A stretch of 61,952 nt of DNA, filler included. It is 3 parts of 3 records of this genome, joined end to end, with 100 filler letters (N's around TTAATTAATTAA, not from the genome) between each part and the next. Parts side by side here need not be neighbours in the genome. Positions count along the whole stretch, not along the records: positions 1 to 23,533 come from DRR378314_1227; positions 23,634 to 50,100 come from DRR378314_1230; 1 more part is not named here. One strand, written 5' to 3'. The notes beneath the pieces are model-generated. The model had not been told where the DNA came from. It did no database searches and saw nothing but the letters and a program-made list of their open reading frames with translations. Positions 12,887-26,416 of the stretch are shown here, piece by piece; within the stretch, counting starts at the first letter, position 1; every line of letters starts with the position of its first letter. The translations under genes were made by a program, and so were the position numbers.

Positions 12887-15800
12887 ATGGCGGCAGAAGT
12901 AGAGATGAAGGACGCGCCCGCCCCTTCCTCTCCCTCAAAGAAAGTACGCTCTTTCCTCAAATATTCGCGTATGATCAAAAATTGCGTTGCACGGGCGCTT
13001 CTCGGAGGCGCGCGTAGCTCTAGAAGACCGCGTTTCGGTGTGTCGCCGCTGCGCTTCTGGTCCACTGCGGCGTGGGCCAAGCACCGCTTGCGCAAAGCGC
13101 GCACTGTGCGCACGACACGTCCCTGCCGTCGCCAACGAGCCCCACCTGCTATACGGCGCAGCTCGCCAAACCATTGTATGTTTATGAAGCAGTGGTTGTT
13201 GGTTTGGTGAATATAACCTGCAGGAAGGAAACGAGGCCACGGCGAAGGATCCCAAAGACGCGATCCGCAGCGCGCTTCGTGACGCGCTTGCGCTCGTGCG
13301 CAAGGCGGCGGCCGCGAAGCAGCAGCGCTTCGCTGTGCAGGCGCTGCGCCGCTTCTTCGTGCCGTCTGTGCGCCGCTCGGAGGCTCTGTCCGCTGACCTT
13401 TTCGCGGAGCTTGTACCCAAGCATGTTGCCGACCCGTCCCTAGTAAAGACGATCATGAGCATGATGGTACGTGCGAGCGCGCTCTCGTGTTCTGCATGGG
13501 AGAGAAAAGCGGCGCGACGCGCGTGCAGCGCGGTGGCGCGCCGGGCTTCCGCGTGCAGTGTGGCTGTGCTCGTCCGCGCCCGCCGCTTGGCCCACACGCG
13601 CACACAGGAGGACAAGCGCGCGACAGTTCACTACAGCGAGGCACCGTTCTGCGTTCCAGCCACTTGGGAGCGAGTCTCTCGTTCTCTACGTTTCTCTTTG
13701 TTCATGTGTGTAAGATAAGGATCGGGTGCGTGGGGTGGGTTTCTGAGGCGCTGCGCTGCGCGGTGCGCGCAGCAGCGGCAAGTAGCGTCGTTGCCCGGCG
13801 AGCACCCGCGCGAACGCGACGTGTACCGCGCGCGCTGCGACCGGCCAGAGGGGACAGGGAGCTCTCGCGCGCTCGCCCGCTCGCACGCGCTCTGCGGAAC
13901 TTGCGCATGCCCCGGCGTCGTCGCTTTCAATGACCTTGATTTGATATGTCGAACCGAAAATGATCACGTAGTCACAGTGGGATGCTGAATTGGGCGCAAT
14001 GGTTGTTCTCGTGTGCGTGGTTGTGCGCTTTCGCCGCCTCGTGGATCGCACGTTGTGGGCGCGGGACACTGCGTCGCTTTCGTCGGCGTCTGCGGGCGCG
14101 CTCCGGGCACATCGTAGGAAAATAGCGGTGCTCCCAGCGCATATATTGCGCTATTCATAAACATATCAAGCTGCCTTTTATGTCTCGAAATACCATTTTT
14201 GCGGTACTCTATCTGTGCTGGATGTTGGTGTGGGTGAGCGCGACGCTCTGGTTTCCACGGGGCGACAGTTGGTGCGCCTTTGGATGTTTGCTTCGCTCGC
14301 GCTCGACGCCCGCTTCCGAATTTTTGCTGTATTCTCTCCGGGAGAGTGAAATACCAGAGATGTTTTTCCTTCGTCGTAGCAGCCGATACTCAGGGGTGCG
14401 GAGATGCCTCTGGGCCAAAGTGTGCGTCCTTGCTGCGCTCTACGTGCATGCTGTGCGCCTCCTGTCACTATTGCCGCGCCACTCGGCTGGCGCGCATTGC
14501 CGAGCCCCAACCAGTACGCCCGCTTGCAACGGGACAGCCATGTTTGCGAAGTTGCATTTCTGACACACACAAATTATTCGCATTCCATGGAATTCATTTT
14601 CATGCGTGCGCGCGGCTGTGTGTAAACAGAATGTCAGCTCGGTGTTGGCTGACGAGGAAGAGAAAGACGCGTCGGAGCACGTGACGCCGGTATCGTGTCT
14701 CGTCCGCCTGATGGTCTCCGTGTATCTCCTCGACCGCGGTGAGAAGGCCAAGGTGCGATTCCAGCCGCCGCTCGCGGCCTCCTCCCCGCTGTTCTCACAC
14801 ACTGCGTAAAGGAAGGTTGTGCTTGTTTTGCTCGGTGCCCTGTTGTGCCGTAGCGGCGCTTTGCACAGCGCGCCGCGCTCATCTTTGTCTGCTGGGCAGC
14901 GATGCGGTCGCTCCCAGCGAACCTTTCTTGCAGGCGCCCGCTTCCGCAAGGTCTCTTTTGCCGTGGGCCGCCCTTTCGTGTCGATTTCTGACATATGGGG
15001 CACGTTTTGAGCGAAATGTCTCAAGCTCGCCGCTCTTCTTTTTGGTCCGCCGTCTCCTTTTGCCCGTCTCATGTACACTCCGGCCGCTCCTTGTAGGCAC
15101 TTGGAGTGGCTAAAGCTGCGATGGAGCTGAGTACTTCGTGCTATGAGCCGCAGTTTTTCGACATCACTGCAAAAATTTTCTTCTACTATGCTCGCGCCAA
15201 CGAGCTCTGTGACGGATTGGACGGAATTCGAAAGTACGACTTCCTGTTTCCGTTCCCCGCCTTTCCGTTTCGCAGTCATATGGTACCCCACCCAGTCGTT
15301 TGCCGTGTAGCTGGCTGCCACATTGCGATCCAGGATGCCCCATGGAGCACATCGAGTCATTGTGTAGTACATCTTGAATGCAATTTGTTAGAAATGCGCT
15401 CCTCTCTTCATCACATTACAAACTTCTCCCTCCCGCGGGCTGTGGAGTGCGGCGCGAGCTTCTCCGGGAGCGCCTGTTGTTGGGCTTGGATTGCGATGTC
15501 ATGGCACTATTCGCCTCTTTTCTACTCCGTTTCCCAAAAGTTTCTTTTGAGTGCGCGTTGTTGCATTTTGTGGAGAGCGGAAGTCGTGGCTTTTGTGCGT
15601 TGTTGTTGTTGTTGCTGTACTCACCATGCGTTTGTGTGCTTCGGGATGCGGTGGATGTGGTACTTTCTTTTCTCGGCGCGCAATAGCGAAAGTGTTGTAG
15701 GACCGTTGTGCATTAATCTGCTCCCCTGCGTTCTTGCTTGGACCTGTTGTATCTTAATTTACCTTTCTGCCGCGTTCTCTCCAGTGAGCTATTTGCGCTG

Positions 15801-17161
15801 TACCGCACTGCAAGCCTGCACCACGACGATGTCGGACAAGCGACGCTCGCCAACCTGCTGCTGCGCAGCTATGTACAGAAGAATATGTATGATATGGTGC
15901 GTCTTTTCCTTGCCCGCGCGCTGAGCAATCGCGTAGAATGACGGCTACGTTTCGGCGTTTTCGGAAAGCTGATTCAGACAAACGGATACTACTGTGGAAA
16001 AAGAGTCATCTATGCCTTGCGGTGTTGCGTGAAATTGCGCAGCGCCGCTATTGTTGGTTTGGCTTGGTTTTGCGGCGATGCGTCCCCTATGGTGTTTTGT
16101 GCATGTGCTGCTTCACGCTCGCACCCTTGTCGATGTCCGGTGTATCTCAATGAAGCAGCGTCAATCACTGTGACATCCTTGCTATGCGTTTTACGGTGTG
16201 CATCAGAAGTAATCTTCCGCGAAGAGACGCGAGCTGGCCACTTGGCTGCAACTGGGTATCTCCGCCCGTGGTTCCGCAGTCTCAATCTTCTCACTCACCT
16301 TGTCCTTGTATGCCCGTGCGCCTCCGTGTTTCCCAACAGGCGGACAAGCTGCTGTCGAAGATCCGGTTCCCAGAAGGCGCTTCGCCGAACCAGACTGCCC
16401 GTTACCTGTACTACTGTGGGAGAATCCGCGCTGTGCAGCTTGACTATTCGGACGCGTATTCGAACTTGATGCAGGCGCAGCGCAAGGCGCCGCAAGGTGG
16501 CGCGCTCGGGTTCCGCCTTATGGTGCAAAAGGTGCTGTGTCTCGTGCGTCTTCTGATGGGCGAAATCCCCGAGCGTCATTTGTTCCACCAGCGTGGAATG
16601 AATCGCGGACTATTGCCGTACTTTGAGCTCACGCAGGCGGTGCGCCTGGGGAACCTGAATGCATTCGAAGAAGCGGCCAAGAAGTTCGTTGCTCAGTTTG
16701 AAGCCGATGGCACTGCGAAGCTCATTGCGCGTCTGCGCCAGAACGTCATCAAGACAGGCCTGCGCAAGATTAATTTGGCATACAGCCGCATTTTGCTCGC
16801 GGATGTCGCTGCGAAACTGCAAATCGATCCGGAAGATGCCGAATTTGTGGCGGCAAAGGCGATTCGCGATGGTGTCATCGATGCCGTGATCGATCACTCC
16901 GAGGGGATCCTCCGCTCGCGCGAGATCTCTGATGTGTACACCACAGCGGAGCCGCAGGAAGTGTTTGCGCAGCGTGTCCGTTTCTGCATCGATGTGCGGA
17001 ACGACGCGGTCAAGGCGATGGTGTACCCCGACGACGAGGCGAAAGTCGGCGAGCTCACAGCCGAAGAGCGCCTGGAGCGCGAACGCGAAGACAATGAGCT
17101 CGCTGAACAGCTTGCGCAAGATGACGAGTTCGACGACGACGATCTGATGGACGAGTTTTAG
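12887..17161 (+). CDS. RPN3: 26S proteasome regulatory subunit Rpn3/PSMD3, multi-exon
   Basis: The last exon has FPEGASPNQTARYLYYCGRIRAVQLDYSDA...LLMGEIPER...RLRQNVIKTGLRKINLAYSRI...AKAIRDGVIDAVIDH (PCI domain) and an acidic tail. Internal exons include LYRTASLHHDDVGQATLANLLLRSY. The first exon begins MAAEVEMKD. Confidence 0.95.
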
Positions 17162-17670
17162 CGCAGCGGCGCATGCACGCGGGAGTGTTGCTCGCGCGCT
17201 GGTACGAGTGCGCTTGCTGCATCCCGCGCCGCGCTGCGTGGTCTCCAGCGCCCCACTCGCACAACGCGGCCGCCAGGGCGAGCTCCGAGAATCTTCCACG
17301 AGCGCGAAGATGCTGTGTCCGTGCGCCGCGTATTTCTCTGCAGTAGCGAGTGAGACGGTCGCGTCGTGCTCGGTGACGCCCAAAGATACTCTTCACTGTT
17401 GTCGTAGAGCGAGACGTGGGCTTTCTGGCGGATCACTCGCTTCGGGTACGATGCGCACCGTGCACAACGCGCGCCTTCATAAATCATGTATGGAATAAAA
17501 ATTACAAATCCAAGCGGAGAAGCATGCACAGGCTATGTGTGGATGCTACCTTGGTTCGCACGGCAAACCAGCAGCTCCGTTGCACCCGCGATTCTGGCAT
17601 AAGAGGGACCTCGGAGAGCGGGCGGCCTTGCATCGGTAACGCGAAGATAGCTGCGAGAAGATGCGTTCCT

Positions 17671-20600
17671 TTAGCGCGGATCTGCAATCACAGCACGCAG
17701 ATTCCAAGCACGTGGGAGAGGGTGAGGGAACGTACCAAGAACAAAGGTCAGCGAGTGGCGGGATGCGGGCCGCTGCATCGCGGTGGAGCGGGACCGTGCG
17801 CGCCCTCGGAAGCGGCAGGCGATGTGGGAAGTGCGCTGCAGCTGCGGAAGCGCACCTGCCTGCCCTTTCTCCGGGGTAAATGCGCCCTGCGACATGTTCG
17901 AGGCCATACGCTGCAGGCGGGCGGTTTCCTTCTTCTTTTTGAGCTGTGTGAGATCCTCATCGACACCGAGCTTGTCGCGGATCTCCTGCAGCTCAATGTC
18001 GTCGGCTTCCAGTGTCTCCTTCCGCACGGTAGGATCTTTCGCAACCATGCGATGGGACCACCGATTATGGCCCTTTTTCTTGGAAATCTTGACCTTGTAT
18101 CGCTCCACCGCACTACAGCAATGCGGCGAACATGCAATACCGAGACGCATATAAAGGAAAAAAAAAGCGGCCAGCAGACTGAGTATGCCGAGCAACTGCC
18201 CGAGAGGGGAACCGCAAAAAAAAAAACAAATAACAACAGCAAAAAAAAAAAACAAACAAACAAACGAAAAACGCAGAGTGCCTCAATGCAGAAACTTCCC
18301 ATCCCCTTGAAGCACGCGAGCGCGCACATTTGATCATACCAGGCGACGTCTTTCAACCGAAAGACGCGCAGACAAGTGCAAGGAAGACCGACACAGCCAA
18401 GATCTACGTACACACCCTGTCAGCGCGTGCGTGTGCTAACAACTGCGCACAAATCAGCGCATAGGCACGCGTTTCCCAGCACTAAGGCGGGGGGGGCGAG
18501 GAAGGTATCCACGCAAACTACCGCTCCAGCTCGGCTAAGCGCAGCGCCGCACCGGGCAGCCACGCAGCACAGAAGAGAGAAGGGTCCGTGCAATTACGCT
18601 TTCTACGTGTAGTGCACGAGCCCCAACGTATTACCATGCCGTCCTACTGTTCTCAAGCAGGCAATCGGAGACCTGTTGCCCGTTTCTGGTCGCTACTTTG
18701 CGCGTCGCATTCCCTTGTTCGCGTCAGCTCCGCCCTAGCTACGCACCTTGGATCATCCGCCGACGGCTCCGCACTCTCGTTGAGCGCTGTCGCATCGAAA
18801 TTGTGCTTGCTCTTTTGGCGCATGAGACCTCGCTCGTGCCCTTGTAGCTCGAGAATGACGTCCTCCTTGCGCTCTTTCGAAACGCGCTCGATGATGAAAG
18901 TGTCGACGATGAGTGCAATGAAAAGATTCAGCAGCACGAGCACCAAGATGATCTCGAAACTCACGAAATAGATCGCTGCAACCCACGAGGTCGACTTCAT
19001 GGCTTCAAACATGACTTCGTGCCAATTCGAGGTGGTGAAGAGCTGGAACAACGCCAGCATAGCATTGCCAAACGAATTGAAGTCGGCGTCGATGTACTGG
19101 TATTCGGTGACCGTTGTTGAGAACTCGCCCGAGAAGAGCTCCATTCCCAGCGCTGCGTAGAAGTAGGAAAACACCTGCATCGCACCGGATCCGAAAGCGA
19201 ACGCGCACCAGCATTGGTGATTGCCAAATGAGAAAATGGCGACATCGCGGTCTTGTTCACTGCAGCGTGAAGTGAACCAGCGCCGCCGAGTAGTACGGAC
19301 GGGAGGGAAGGAAAGAGGAAGAGTGAATGCGGACTACCCCCTTCTTAATCTCTCAGTCTCCCAGCGTACTCAAGCACTCGCATACTGAAGCGTAGTACGG
19401 CACGAGCTATGATATGCGCGGAGCAGCGCACACGAAAAAACCCGCCAAGGGCAGCGCAAGCAACCACTCGGGCCTGCAGTCGGCAAAACGTAGAGCGCGA
19501 CACGTACCACGAGAAGCATGATCGTCTGCCACAGTACCACGCGCGTTTGCATCAGCGCCGAGCACAGACTCCGCAACTTCCTGCTCGTGCTGAGAAGCCG
19601 GAATACAGGAAGTGCCTGCGCGCAGAGGTACGGGTCACGAGAAACGCACGACGATGAGGTATGCAAGTGTGTGAGCATGCTCCTGCGCAGGTCCACTGTG
19701 TAATCGAAATCGCACCGAGCACGAGACATGCATCTCATCCCAACACCAACCTCTGCGCGTGGCGCCAAACCAATCAGGAGAAAGCCGTGTGACGAGCCCC
19801 AAGCTGATGGCACTGCCGAGCACAACAGGGGACCAGCGCGGGTACGAGCCTCTATCACTCAGCTATCGCCGCCACGGAGATCGCTTGCGCGCGAGAAACG
19901 TCCTCGGCGCGAGGACTTCCCCTCTCCTCCTCATCCTCCCGCGAGCACTCCACAATTCGGTTACGTGAACGTGTGTAGGAGCGCCCGCGTATCGGCGGGA
20001 GTGCGTGCTATCCCGTGCGCGGTAGCACGTATTGCGCGATGGGCGCGCCCGCGCGTACTCTTGCTCGTTTCCGCGCGCACCTTGATACCCCAGAAGATTC
20101 GCACATCCGTGGGCGGGTCTGCGTCGTCGGTGGCGCTCCCGGTGATGAACAGGGCGATTTGCGCGCCGGCCGCCACCGCCACAAGAGCGGCATCGAGGCG
20201 GACCCACCGCAGCTTGAGCCCTTGCTGACGGTGCCGATAGCACTGCAATGCGACCTCGATGGCCATGAGGCCGAGAAAGGCGGTCTGCACGACGTTGAGC
20301 GCGAACGAGTTCCCTTCGTCGAAGTCGTACTCAAGCGCCAGCAGCGCCAGGCAGTACGCGCCCACGAGGACTTCGGACGTGCGGCGGAAGGCTGCGCTCG
20401 CGAGGAAGCGGTGGAGCATCGCGTGACGCTCGCGCGAGGAGGCGCGGCGTGCGCGCTTTTCCTCGTTCACACGTACAAACTTGATGTTGAGCACATCGAT
20501 GCAGTTGAAAAAGTCGAGAATGTCGATCCGCTTGTCCTGGTCCTCGTCAAGCGTGTCGAAGAAGAGGCGCACTTCCAGCTCGCTCACGTGCGGCCGCAGG

Positions 20601-22874
20601 ATCGTGACCATCTCGCGCCACGTTTCCAGCGCAATGTAACCTTTTCTCTCCTTGTCCATGATGAAAAACGCGGCAACAAGCGCCCTGCGCTCGCGCACGT
20701 GGTCCTGCACGACACGTGCGCGGTGGAACACCTTGTAGTTGTGGTACATGGCGGCAACGATGACCGCCGTCAGCACCAGAGCCAAGAAAAAGAACAGGAC
20801 GAAGAACACCACGTTCGCCTTGTCTTGCACGTACGCCGGATGCATCACCTCGGGGAAGTTCTCCGACGTGAGCAGCACAAACAGCGACAGCATGCCGTCG
20901 TACAGGTTCGCGAACCCGCTCTGCCCGTCGCTCACGGCGGCGAGCGCCGGGTTGCTCGCGGCGAGCGCCTCCTTGTACCCGTGGAAGAAGCGGAACCCCA
21001 TCCCGGCGAAGCCAAAGATCACCACGAAGATCAGCGCAAAAACGTCTGCAGACTTGCGTCCCGTGCGCAACAGGAATGTGAGCAAGCGGCGCGTTCGGCG
21101 ACTTTCGTAGACGAGCAAAAAGGCGCGAAGCGGGCGCGAGAACCGCAGCGCGTCGCTGTCGCTCGCCCACAAGAGCACGTCGACCGCCATCGCGGCGAGC
21201 ACGGCGAGGTGGAAGCGGTTCCACCCGTCCGCGAGGACAAATCGCACGCCGTGGCAGAAGAGGTCGATCACAAAGACGAAGAAAAAGAACAGGAGAAGTA
21301 TGATTTCAGCGGCGAGAAGGCCGCCGCGCGAGATATCCGAGTACGAAAACTCGCTGTCTGTGCTGCGCGCGCTCGGGCGCTCGAACACGATGAGCGCGAG
21401 GAACATCCATGTCGTGAGCAAGACGAGGCGCTCGAACGCGCGGTGACAGCGAACGCGCGAAATCCGCAGCGGCCAGTACCCCGTGCGATCCATGTTCACT
21501 TCGCGGCCGCGAATCGCGTCTTCCACGTACGATGCGGCACGGAGGAAGCGCTCGTTTGCGAGCAGCTCGCGCGACGAGCGCTTGTTGCGCCACCACAGCC
21601 GCACGCCGACCGGGTTCATCCGCTGCGACCACGGCCGCTTCTGCCACTCCGAATACGCCTTGCGCGACTCATCGTCCAGCTGCTCCTTTTCATCGAGCTC
21701 GCGAACAATCGTATCGGTCTCACGGGTGAGAATGAGTTTGTCGAGATCTTTTTCGTTGAGATTTTTATGGTTCAGCTCCAGACGGAAGATCTCCGCGTCG
21801 ATCGCCGTGGACCCGCGCGCCGAGTACATACCCGTCTGCAGACTGGCGCGCCGGAGCGCCGACCGCGCGTGCTGCACCGCGTTGGGATCGTCCATATTGA
21901 TCTCCATATCCATATCGTCTGTGAGGTCAGAGGGGCGCATCATTCCAGCCGCGACGCCGCCCGCGGCGATCAGATGCGTGGCGGCCGCGCCGCTGTTGAG
22001 CACGTCGGCTATGCTCGAGTGAGCGGTAAACGTAGTCGAGCTCGACGCCGTCGAGTGCGCGTCTTCCATATCGTCAGTGACGTCGCTGGGACGCATGCCG
22101 CCGGTCGAGTCGGTGACAATGCTCGGCATGGCGCCAAGCGTATCCGGCTGCAGCTCGGTGAGCTTGCGGCGCAGCTGCGACGGGCCCGTTTCCGCGATCG
22201 AGCGCGACTCGGGCCCGCGCTGCGCGTCCATGCGCCGCGCTTCTTCCGCGAGCTCGGCGGGCAGGATATCGGAATTTGCCCTCCGCATGCGGTTCTCGGG
22301 ACCGTCCGGCCAATGGAGAATCTGTAAATCGTTTCGTCAAGGAGCAGTATCGCACGCACGGCGCTGTTGGCATCGACCGCTCCGCATCGGGCTTCGCTCG
22401 CTCGCGCACGGTCTTTTGCGTTCACACAATCAGCGAACCTACGCCTTTCTAGCCCCTGCAGCGCGCATGCAAGCACCTCGCGTTGGCAACAGCCAGTAGC
22501 TTACCATGCCTTCCTTTGACGAAGCACTGGTCCCATCTCCGTCAATTGTGTGGCGCTCTTCAGGTTGTCCGCGCTTGCTTCCCTTGCGCACGGGCGTTCG
22601 CCTGCACACGCGAGCAACGCACGGTGCCGTGAGCACATGATACAAGTACCGCTCAGGAACTCCTTGTTCCCCTTCGTACCTGTCCCCGTTCGAGGCCGCT
22701 ACCCCAGCACACGCAGAGACTGGCATTCGTGTGCATTATTAAGGTATGAACTGCAACGCACTTGGTAGGTGTTTGTTTGGGAATGCTCTTTCCGTGGCTT
22801 CCATTACCCGACGCGGTGCGGCCGCGCACGGGTGTGCCGTTCGAGCTGGTCGAGCGGCGCTTCGGAGGCGCCAT
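17671..22874 (-). CDS. Two-pore channel (TPC) with EF-hand linker, multi-exon
   Basis: Two 6-TM repeats. Domain I has S4 LRFSRPLRAFLLV and pore FANLYDGMLSLFVLLTSENFPEVMHPAY. The linker has EF-hand-like loops DKERKGYIALET and DEDQDKRIDILD. Domain II has pore FNSFGNAMLALFQLFTTSNWHEVM and S6 VLLNLFIALIVDTF. The start codon is tentative. Confidence 0.9.
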
Positions 22875-23533
22875 TGCTGAGTTTTCTGCACCGTTTCGAA
22901 AAGACGCATCCCGCATTGGATTTTTATTTGCTACTACCAGAATGTGCTGGAGGTAGAGTGGTGGAATCCAGGTGCAAGTCTCGCGGGGATAAAGGGCCCA
23001 CTGCAAGCGCGCGCGGGGTCCGAACCGCCTGCTGTCTGGCGGAGCTATCAGCGGTACCACCGCAGAGACCTCACTACGTCGGTCGGCTCCATTGCTAATC
23101 GGATGTCAAAGCAAGGCAACCGCACTAACTTGCTGTGATCATCCGCAGTCTACGCTTTCGGCGGAGCGATTGCGACGCCGCATATCCTGTCGAGTATACG
23201 GCCCCGCAGCGGCTAGCTGGCACTTCCACCCTGCTGCGACGGAGCGCTTGGCACGCGTGCGACTCCCGCGGTGCGTTCGCCCAGCTCGCAAAGTGACCTC
23301 ATCACCAGTACTGTCGCAAGGACGTAGGGAGATACGGCGGGAGAAAACTGCAGTGTGGACTTTGTAGTGATAGGGCTGGATGTTCCTTCTGGAGAATCAA
23401 CGCTGAAACGATTCGGGCTGGTAGGGCGCGGGTGCGTGCGGGTGTGTGCTGCGTAGGCGCGTTCCGCTGCCGGTCGTCCATACAGCGCGCTCAACGGCGC
23501 CGTTCGGAGCTGCGCTCAGGAGAGGAGCAGGAG

Positions 23534-23633
23534 NNNNNNNNNNNNNNNNNNNNNNNNNNNNNNNNNNNNNNNNNNNNTTAATTAATTAANNNNNNNNNNN
23601 NNNNNNNNNNNNNNNNNNNNNNNNNNNNNNNNN
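23534..23633. other. Artificial contig-joining linker
   Basis: 44 N + TTAATTAATTAA (stops in all six frames) + 44 N. Confidence 0.97.
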
Positions 23634-23658
23634 AGAGAGAGAGAGAGAGAGAGAGAGA
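23634..23658 (+). repeat. (AG)n microsatellite at contig start
   Basis: An agagag... run directly after the linker; a likely assembly break point. Confidence 0.9.
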
Positions 23659-24209
23659 TAACACGATACAGTTGAGACCGCTCCTACTTCGTGAGCATTT
23701 GAAAAAGTGAAAAATGCTGCTTGCATTGCTCATATTGCGCGTATCGCAGGGGAGGTCGGCTATATACGCATATTCCACCTCTGAAAATGCTACTTATGTG
23801 AACAAGAATGCAGCCGCTTGTTCATTTGAGTATCCCACGTGTGACTCGACGTCCGGTTCAGCGGAATGTCGAGGGAGAAGCGCATATGCTCATGGAGAAT
23901 ACTCGAACCCACATACGGAAGAGACGGAAACGAAGTCGAACGAAGGAACACAGCAATCTAGAAAGAAACCCGAATCGCTGTGACATGTACAAGTAGTAGT
24001 TACAGAATACAACGGAACAACTCTTCCAATAGAATAGAGAAACCGAGTCTCAAAAGTACAAGAAAAGAGCGTTGCGAAGAATATCTACGAGAGTGAGAAC
24101 AATACCGTTCTCGTTCTTACTCTCTTCTCTGTGCTGTTTTGACGTATCGAAGACATCTCGATTCTAGTGCGACACACGATTCCCGTGTTTCCCTTGCGAT
24201 AGGGTTTAC

Positions 24210-25917
24210 CTTTTCAATCATATTATCCAGCTTTTCTAACTGCACATCTTGGCAGTTATTGAGCTGGATATCTGTTATTCCATCCACGACGGTGTATAGA
24301 AGCGATCGCATATCGCGAGCGTTTTTATCCACTGTGCGCTCGCGCTGCGAGTCGAGCGCGACGAACTTGCACAGTGACGCGACTCGTCCAATTGCGCCAA
24401 GTGCGAGAGGACGCAAAACCATCAGCGGATGCAGACGATGCCGCTCCTCGTACAACTCGGCTGCATCACGCGCAAACGTGTACGACGTGGAGAATATGCT
24501 GGGAATAGTGTAGTTGAACAGCTGGAGTGTCTGCGTGATGTCCGAGTAGAGTTTGCTCTCGAGTTCCTGGAGCCGAAGTCCGCGAAACGCTTCTGCTTCC
24601 GAGAACAGGATCCTCTCGAGGACCATTCTCTTGATGACAAACTTGTTTGCCAAAGCAACGCGAGCGCGCAGCTGGCTTTCGAGCGTCTGTAGAATTACTT
24701 GCATGATCGTAAGGAGTACGAATCGTCGCAGGACCGCCGTTCCAACGGGGCGAGAAGATATCATGGAATGGCGAATCGCGTTTCGCTCCTCGCGGAGGCG
24801 ATTCGCTATGCGACGGCGAGAGAAAATCCACGGAAGTGCATCGAGAAGGAGAGGAAGCGCATAATTCACAAAAACAGTCGCGAGAAGCAGTTTCTACACA
24901 AAAAAGGTAACACGCGAAAAAATACAGTGCAAATACGAATCTCCCCAGTAAGAACGCTCAGGAACGAGATACCTGCGGCGGGGCAACAGTTCCGACAAGC
25001 GGCGCGAAACAAGGTTGGAATACACAAACGCAGGCGTGACTGAGATCTCGCTGAAAGCAAATCTATTCAGAGTACTCCGTATGAGTACGTTTGCAAAGTT
25101 GCTTTATGTTTACAGAGCACGGCATGGAATCTTGTGTAGGACGCGTGTTCACGGACGCGCTCGGAGGGCAAGAGCGTTGAGAACCGCCGCGACCTGCAGC
25201 GGCTCAACAGCTTCGCCGAGCACCCCAAGTACACTCCACTGCTCCGCGTAACAGCGAGCGTCTGTAACCACGTACGCGATTGTAGCGCCATATGTGGCGG
25301 TAAAATGTAATGATTGGAATCCTGCCGGCGCTTTGGTCGAGCCAATTTCCCAATTTCGTCCCTGTAGTGGCGAAGACGGCGGAGGCAGCTCGTCGCACCA
25401 GTCAGCACAGAGCGCTGCCGCGACGGCACGTGGAGCACAACGCTGCGCTCCCGCCCTGCGAACCGAGCGCAAAATCACGACGAAAGGAAGACCTATTGCA
25501 TCATATTCTCCTCGCGTTCTGTTGCGCGCGTGTCGAGTGTTTTTCTTTTTGTATCTCGTTGGTACGTTCTCTCTCGTCGTCCCTTTCTCACAGCACCTGG
25601 CCAGCGCCGTCGAGGAGCTGCACGCGCGACGTACAAACCGAGGCGTTGCGGTCGGTGAGCGACTGTGCGCGCAGCGCCGCAACGCGCAAGCGCTCCTTGT
25701 CCGCAATGTGTTGAAGCCGTTCCCGAATGCGCCGGTCATCGTCATCTTCTATGCGAGGGTTGATGAAGAGGGCCGTGGCAAAGTCCCACGCGGTGTACTC
25801 GGCGAGCGGTTTGCGCATCGTCGACGGCTGCGGCGCAGCGCCGCAGCCGGTGCTGCTGCTGCTGGCGGCAGAGTTGGCTGCGCGCTCGTTTGCAGCGGGA
25901 TCCGCGGACGAAGCCAT
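24210..25917 (-). CDS. Putative ABC transporter (type-1 transmembrane domain region), multi-exon, 3'-partial
   Basis: The large exon ...QVILQTLESQLRARVALANKFVIKRMVLERILFSEAEAF...ELESKLYSDITQTLQLFNYTIPSIF...TVVDGITDIQLNNCQDVQLEKL resembles ABC exporter TM domains and ends at a GTAAAC donor. No nucleotide-binding domain is visible before the contig end. Confidence 0.55.
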
Positions 25918-26416
25918 CGCCTTTCGACAGATGATTGCTTCGTGTATCTGTCCCGTATTGGAGATGGATGCCGCGCGCTGGATAGCGCACGAGCCGGCAG
26001 CGGGTCGGCGGCTTACGCAGCGCGCTGCAGCAGGCGCAGCCACGGCGGAGCAAAGTGAGGGGTATGGACCACAAACCCCCTCTTGGCAATGCCCTTTCTC
26101 AACTCTTCCCTGACTGATGTTCAATAACCTACCTAACTATTCCTTATAAATTGGTAAAACCTGGGTATTGGGGTAAGTGAGGAAAATGGCGCCTGCGCCG
26201 TACTCGTCGCTGCGCCGCAACGTAGCGCGCGAGAGCTTCGCGGAAAGGCTCGTTGCAGCTGGACGGACGTCAGGACTGCGGTCTCTACCAACGTGGCAGG
26301 TTGAGCTCTGCAGCGGTTGCGTGCTCTGGCTCGACTCTGTCCGCTGTGGAGAGCGTCGCGTACAGCGTGGCTCGCCTTCCGTGCGCGCGGCGTGTTGGCG
26401 AGCTCTGCAGTGCTCC

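Noticed and set aside
20015-22327. 770-aa plus-strand ORF
   Set aside because: It is the antisense shadow of the GC-rich TPC exon and has no recognisable motifs.
23578-23778. ORFs running into the N linker, and TTAATTAATTAA as a biological motif
   Set aside because: Artefact of the spacer; the SLSLSL peptide is the (AG)n microsatellite.
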